Of a stretch of DNA of 48,264 nucleotides, positions 44,682-48,264 are shown piece by piece. Position numbers and translations under genes: made by a program. Every line of letters starts with the position of its first letter. The stretch's first letter is position 1. Source of the DNA: an uncultured Candidatus Saccharibacteria bacterium (GTDB lineage: Bacteria; Patescibacteriota; Minisyncoccia; Phycocordibacterales; UBA5272); the NCBI GenBank assembly GCA_964348675.1, contig CAYGDF010000001.1:7199-55462 (forward strand), in the 5' to 3' direction. A model generated the notes under the pieces. That model was not told where the DNA came from. It worked only from the letters and a program-made list of their open reading frames with translations, and did not search any database.

Positions 44682-45785
44682 TTATTTCCCAGATTTTCTT
44701 CTATTGTCCTCTTTACAGAGCATTTTACAATTTTCTGCTACAGTTTTCCCACCTATGTGCCATGGGTCAATATGGTCTGCTTCCATCTCTGAAAACTCAA
44801 AATGGTTTTTACAATCCGAACAAATACCATTTTGTCTTTCGTATGCTTCGCGTCTCATATTTGGATTAAATGCACGAATAGAAAGATAACTTTCTTTTCT
44901 AGTTAACACATATGGATAAATCCCTGATTTTTTAGTCACGTCTTCGTCTTGCATTAGTGTTTTTATTTCTTTTTCTAATTCATCTCCGTCAAATTTTTTA
45001 TCCTTAAATTGATTATAGAGTTCACCCCAATTCACATTTGTCATTTCCTTACGATAAAAAGGAAATGTTTTTCTTACCCAATGAATAACATTTTGAAAAT
45101 ATTTCCATAGTTCGTCCGCATTTTCATCATGCTGATGTTTTGCCATATATTCTTCTACTTGCTCATTATTTATCCACGAAAGTGCTGTTTCTAGATATTC
45201 TTGACGAATTGGGGAGCCTGACACCAACTGACCGCCATCATTTGCCAAAAGATACCCAGCGCAATTTGTTTTACTAAACTTTAGTTTTGCATCTGAGAGC
45301 CATGGGCCAGTGTATACCGCATTTCTTAACTCTTGATTTGTTAATTGTTCTCCTGCAATATTAATAATTTTAAACCAATCAAGTTTTTCTTTATCAGTTC
45401 CTTCACAGTGGTAAATCATGAGTTCATAATTCAAAATTTGCTCTTGTTCTTCTTTGGTTAGATTGTGAAACATTGCAATTCTTCCATTAAATTCAATTGA
45501 AAAATCACCATTTACAAATTGAGCAATACTGATTGTTCGCTGTTGTCCGTCGAGTACTTCAAAATTACCGTCTTCTTTTTTTACCCAGTACATTACATTC
45601 AAAGGAAAATCGTTTTTTATAGTGCGAATAACCTCATCGCGTTGTTTGCCACTGTATACAAATTCTCGTTGATATTTTGGACGAATATCTAATTTACCAC
45701 CAAAAGCACTTACACCTTCTTCGGCGCTGTCTTTATAGTCTTTGACTACATCAGAAACTTTTATTGTGTGTAATTTTATTTCCAT
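44682..45785 (-). CDS. DUF262 (ParB/GmrSD-N-like) domain fused to an HNH endonuclease
   Basis: The DUF262 signature is LDGQQRT. The C-terminal HNH is CSDCKNHFEFSEMEADHIDPWHIGGKTVAENCKMLCKEDNRRK. Confidence 0.75.
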   Translation of the reverse strand: MEIKLHTIKVSDVVKDYKDSAEEGVSAFGGKLDIRPKYQREFVYSGKQRDEVIRTIKNDFPLNVMYWVKKEDGNFEVLDGQQRTISIAQFVNGDFSIEFNGRIAMFHNLTKEEQEQILNYELMIYHCEGTDKEKLDWFKIINIAGEQLTNQELRNAVYTGPWLSDAKLKFSKTNCAGYLLANDGGQLVSGSPIRQEYLETALSWINNEQVEEYMAKHQHDENADELWKYFQNVIHWVRKTFPFYRKEMTNVNWGELYNQFKDKKFDGDELEKEIKTLMQDEDVTKKSGIYPYVLTRKESYLSIRAFNPNMRREAYERQNGICSDCKNHFEFSEMEADHIDPWHIGGKTVAENCKMLCKEDNRRKSGK

Positions 45786-45786
45786 A

Positions 45787-46881
45787 CTATCTTTGTGGTT
45801 TTTTATTTTTAATTAAAATACGTGCATAAGTATTTTTAGATTTTATTAAAGGGCGAGCATCTTTAAATCCTTCTAATTTAGGTATTCCTACTATTTCAGC
45901 GTCATAACCAGCACTTGCTGACATTCCTAAAATTTGGAATTGATTGGGGTTATACTTATCAATAAAAGTAATGGGGACACCCATTACACCATTAAAATCC
46001 GTGGGTATGTCTTGAACTTTTGAAACTTCAATAGCCTCATAATTATCGTACGAAGGATACTCTTTAGTTGTATATTTTTTGTAAAGAGTAATATCTTGTT
46101 TATGCTTTTCAACTTCAAGGTTTGTAAACCAGCACGACGTTGAAACTCTTGCTATTTTGTTTCCATTTTCATTAACATGGTGATATTGTTCCCAATCATC
46201 TGGCACTACAAAAAACATTCCCACATTGAAATTGGTATAACCAGTACGGAGTTTATCATCTTTGATTAATTTAAAAATTTCTTTATAAGTTATTGCGTTT
46301 GTATTTCCTATAATAAGAAATTTTTTATTATATTCTACTAACTGTGTCATATATTCACGAAATAATGAAAACGGTGGATTAGTAATGATAATATTTGCTT
46401 CTTTTAGTAATTCTATACTCTCTTTACTTCTAAAATCTCCATCACCCTCCAGTGGTGACCACTCGTTATTTTTGTTTGCCTTGAGTTGCTCGGCGATATC
46501 ACGCAAATCAAAAGCACCATCACCGTCTAAATCATCAACTTCGTTGATAATAAATTTATTGGCAGTTGCTTTTGGGCGACCTTTTAGCGTACTGAGAGTT
46601 TTATCGTCTCCAAATAATCCTAGTTGAGTATTGGCAATAGGTGATGGCTTGTAACTTGTAGCGATAAGTTTCTTTAAACCAAGAGCGTTAAAATTCGAAG
46701 CAAAGTACTTGAAGAAATTACTTTCAAATGGGTCGTCGCAATTACAATACACCACTTTCCCACGAAATTGCTCTTTATAATGTTTTAACTCTTTTTCAAT
46801 ATCAACAAGTTGGGTATAGAACTCGTCTTTCTTGGCCTTATTGGCTTTATGTAAATTTGAGTTTGATGATGTGTTTGCCAT
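45787..46881 (-). CDS. N6-adenine DNA methyltransferase, EcoRI-methylase-like family
   Basis: KKDEFYTQ, CNCDDP and the catalytic motif ITNPPFS. Its stop is 1 nt from the DUF262-HNH start. Confidence 0.75.
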   Translation of the reverse strand: MANTSSNSNLHKANKAKKDEFYTQLVDIEKELKHYKEQFRGKVVYCNCDDPFESNFFKYFASNFNALGLKKLIATSYKPSPIANTQLGLFGDDKTLSTLKGRPKATANKFIINEVDDLDGDGAFDLRDIAEQLKANKNNEWSPLEGDGDFRSKESIELLKEANIIITNPPFSLFREYMTQLVEYNKKFLIIGNTNAITYKEIFKLIKDDKLRTGYTNFNVGMFFVVPDDWEQYHHVNENGNKIARVSTSCWFTNLEVEKHKQDITLYKKYTTKEYPSYDNYEAIEVSKVQDIPTDFNGVMGVPITFIDKYNPNQFQILGMSASAGYDAEIVGIPKLEGFKDARPLIKSKNTYARILIKNKKPQR

Positions 46882-46934
46882 TTTATTTTGCGGTTACACT
46901 TGTCGGACACTTGAACTATATTCAATTTGGCTGG

Positions 46935-46957
46935 GGTACAAGGAGTCTCGGTCACAA
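46935..46957. repeat. Direct repeat, right boundary of the methyltransferase/HNH cassette; overlaps a copy of the tRNA-Gln 3' end
   Basis: See 44636..44658. In addition, GCTGGGGTACAAGGA at 46929..46943 is identical to 47108..47122, which is the tRNA-Gln 3' end plus 1 nt. Confidence 0.8.
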
Positions 46958-47034
46958 ATCTTTTCATGCCGTCGCCTGAAAAGTTCGCGACCCGCCGCTC
47001 GTGGTTTCGCTTGCTAGCGAAACATCACTGCGCC
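46943..47034. repeat. Conserved non-coding element, copy B (homologous to 10303..10393)
   Basis: It has the same order and spacing of conserved blocks as copy A: GCCGTCGC, CCCGCC, CTCGTGG, hairpin, ATCACTGCG. Hairpin 47003..47022 keeps its pairing through two compensatory swaps. Confidence 0.6.
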
Positions 47035-47035
47035 C

Positions 47036-47078
47036 ATTCGAGTCCTTACGAAAGTGAAGCAGTTCACTTTCTGTACCC
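47036..47078 (+). repeat. Inverted partial copy of the tRNA-Gln 3' end, interrupted by a 22-nt hairpin
   Basis: TTCGAGTCCTT + ac + GAAAGTGAA-gcag-TTCACTTTC + t + GTACCCC. The uninterrupted tRNA reads TTCGAGTCCTTGTACCCC. Confidence 0.6.
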
Positions 47079-47108
47079 CGAAAAGAAATAAGCCTTGCTT
47101 TTTCTTTG

Positions 47109-47179
47109 CTGGGGTACAAGGACTCGAACCTCGATACTCAGGACCAAAACCTGATGTCCTACCATTAGACGATACCCCA
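47109..47179 (-). tRNA. tRNA-Gln (anticodon UUG)
   Basis: Reverse complement: TGGGGTA TC GTCT AATGGTA GGAC A TCAGG TTTTGGT CCTGA GTAT CGAGG TTCGAGT CCTTG TACCCCA G. It forms a cloverleaf with anticodon TTG. Confidence 0.88.
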
Positions 47180-47275
47180 ATATTATTTCTATTCTGTGAG
47201 CAGTTTATGTTTTGAGAGTTTGGTCCTGCTCAGGACCGCTTTCTTTATGTCTCGCAGGCTCGACGCTGATATCCC

Positions 47276-47298
47276 ACCATTAGACGATACCCCAATAT
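47276..47298 (-). pseudogene. Duplicated 5' fragment of tRNA-Gln
   Basis: The exact 23-mer ACCATTAGACGATACCCCAATAT is shared with 47161..47183. No matching anticodon arm, T arm or 3' acceptor strand lies downstream. Confidence 0.7.
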
Positions 47299-47309
47299 GT
47301 TTTTTGTTT

Positions 47310-47351
47310 ACCAATTAGACCTGCCTGCGCAGGCAGGCGATACCCCAATAT
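47310..47351 (-). pseudogene. Second 5' fragment of tRNA-Gln, interrupted by an 18-nt perfect palindrome
   Basis: ACCAATTAGAC + CTGCCTGCGCAGGCAGGC + GATACCCCAATAT. The palindrome CCTGCCTGCGCAGGCAGG is at 47320..47337. Confidence 0.65.
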
Positions 47352-47516
47352 CTACATTAGTTTCTATACCAATGTGCCAAATACAATACCATTTTTTAAC
47401 TGTTTTTGAAAGGGACAGGGGCACTTCAAAATAAAATATAAAATTAACAAATATTTGACTCATTACGTGAAAGGAGTAAAGTTGGAAAAGGCATCACGCC
47501 TGACAAAGGAGACAAG

Positions 47517-47909
47517 ATGATTATGAAGTTCCTGGTTGCTTCGGCAATCCTGACCGTTCCGTTCTTTTCCACAGCCGATGCGTCCATCGACGCCGGCCTG
47601 AAGGGGAAACTGGATGTCCTCTGCATCGGCCCGATGATGGGCATCCAGGAGAACTACGAAAGCAAGAAGAAGCCAAGCACGTGGAACTTCCTGGAAGCAG
47701 ACAGGCATGTCCGCTACATCATGGGCGGGGCCTACCCACAACTCGTGGACTTGCTCACGCCAGTCGTGCTCCGCACGGTTAACAATGCGGTTCACTCCGT
47801 GCGGGACGAGAAAAACCGCCGGCATCTGACCGCCAAGTTGGTCATCCTGTCCAACATGTGCGTGAAAGACCTGCAGGAGCAGGTCAAGGCCGTGACACCC
47901 ACGAAATAG
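47517..47909 (+). CDS. Secreted hypothetical protein, GC-rich single-gene cassette
   Basis: AGGAG lies 5 nt before the ATG. Signal peptide MKFLVASAILTVPFFSTADA. It has its own terminator. One sampled line gives about 63% GC. I prefer it to the antisense ORF 47463..47924. Confidence 0.6.
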   Translation: MIMKFLVASAILTVPFFSTADASIDAGLKGKLDVLCIGPMMGIQENYESKKKPSTWNFLEADRHVRYIMGGAYPQLVDLLTPVVLRTVNNAVHSVRDEKNRRHLTAKLVILSNMCVKDLQEQVKAVTPTK

Positions 47910-47926
47910 TGTGGTGTCACGCAAGG

Positions 47927-47956
47927 AAAAAGGCTCGCCAATGCGAGCTTTTTTAT
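47927..47956 (+). terminator. Rho-independent terminator
   Basis: aaaaaggctcgc-caat-gcgagctttttt. Confidence 0.8.
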
Positions 47957-48074
47957 TTTCTCCATCTTATTTTTCTTTTTTTCACAAGGGCGAAGTAATT
48001 TTTAAAAAGATTGCTTGCATGATTATAAAAGGTAGGAGTATACTCTCCGCATACTACTTCTGAACAAAAAATAT

Positions 48075-48264
48075 ATGTCATTTCCATCACATGAATTCTC
48101 GATAGACGAAGCATCAAATCACAAAATGAACCTTCCGACAGAATTAAAAGGATTTGAAGAAGCGGGGAATAAATTGAGATGTAATATGGAAGATTTGTCA
48201 GTAAAAATGGCCTGCGAAATGGTAGACAGCGCGATACTCCGAACCCGCGCTCACAGTGCATAAC
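48075..48264 (+). CDS. Hypothetical protein, N-terminal part (continues beyond the window)
   Basis: ATG at 48075, downstream of a plausible TTGCAT-18-TATACT promoter (48015..48044). The sequence is more protein-like than the Cys-rich antisense ORF 47953..48261. Confidence 0.35.

Noticed and set aside
46932-47079. The plus-strand segment starts GGGGTACA and ends TGTACCCC, with a TTCGAGTCC box near the 3' end. I considered a tmRNA-like or tRNA-like RNA gene.
   Set aside because: No T-stem can be paired around the TTCGAGT box. There is no G3:U70 pair and no resume-codon or tag ORF. The length (~150 nt) is far short of a tmRNA. The ends are better explained as direct and inverted fragments of the neighbouring tRNA-Gln.
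47200-47298. Whether the second copy of the tRNA-Gln 5' end is a second functional tRNA, perhaps one carrying an intron.
   Set aside because: After the D-arm I could not pair an anticodon stem. There is no T-arm and no TACCCCA 3' acceptor strand before the intact tRNA begins. It is a fragment.
47463-47924. A 153-aa minus-strand ORF covering the GC-rich cassette.
   Set aside because: The plus strand has an RBS, a signal peptide and a terminator in the right places. The minus ORF is a typical GC-rich shadow frame.
47953-48261. A 102-aa minus-strand ORF at the window end.
   Set aside because: The translation is Cys/Phe/Leu-rich and looks random. The opposite strand has a promoter-like element and a more protein-like N-terminus. 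Neither call is strong.
1-48264. I looked for CRISPR arrays, rRNA genes, IS transposases, integrases, and retron or DGR-type reverse transcriptases.
   Set aside because: I found no regularly spaced short repeats, no rRNA-like conserved blocks, and no ORF with DDE, tyrosine- or serine-recombinase or RT motifs in either strand's ORF set.

Overview
This is a low-GC bacterial window, about 30-40% GC from hand counts of sample 60-nt lines. It has short genes, many secreted or membrane-anchored proteins and Thr/Ser-rich linkers. The overall look is CPR/Patescibacteria (Parcubacteria-like), but that is inference only.

Layout:
(1) 0-6.6 kb: a cell-surface locus. It holds two paralogous beta-rich secreted subunits, a chaperone-like (DUF916/PapD-like) membrane-anchored protein, one dockerin-bearing Ig-repeat protein and two membrane-anchored cohesin-like proteins.
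(2) 6.6-24.5 kb: mixed housekeeping and envelope genes. These include an FAD oxidase, tRNA-Ala, an alternative oxidase, serS, dus, dnaX, a matrixin-like protease, DoxX and SanA.
(3) 24.5-28.6 kb: a copper operon, csoR-copA-(HMA::TauE-like)-cupredoxin. A perfect 20-bp palindrome fills the spacer of a consensus promoter.
(4) 33.5-39.7 kb: a compositionally mosaic region. The key part is a roughly 60% GC block with two tandem class IIb aminoacyl-tRNA synthetase genes (AsnRS-like, then AspRS-like). A small basic protein gene is transcribed divergently from them. An amidohydrolase (about 52% GC), a HIT protein and a SAM methyltransferase flank the block.
(5) 39.8-46.9 kb: a defence-type island. It holds a HEPN-like protein, higB, an HTH::ImmA/IrrE fusion, a Beta_protein-like gene, a PD-(D/E)xK protein, and a methyltransferase + DUF262-HNH cassette bounded by 23-bp direct repeats.
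(6) 46.9-47.4 kb: a tRNA-Gln gene surrounded by direct, inverted and palindrome-interrupted fragments of itself. A roughly 90-nt non-coding element here also occurs next to tRNA-Ala, and its hairpin shows compensatory substitutions between the two copies.
(7) 47.5-47.9 kb: one more roughly 60% GC single-gene cassette.

I saw no CRISPR array, rRNA, transposase or integrase gene. Family assignments come from motif recognition by eye, and no database search was run.
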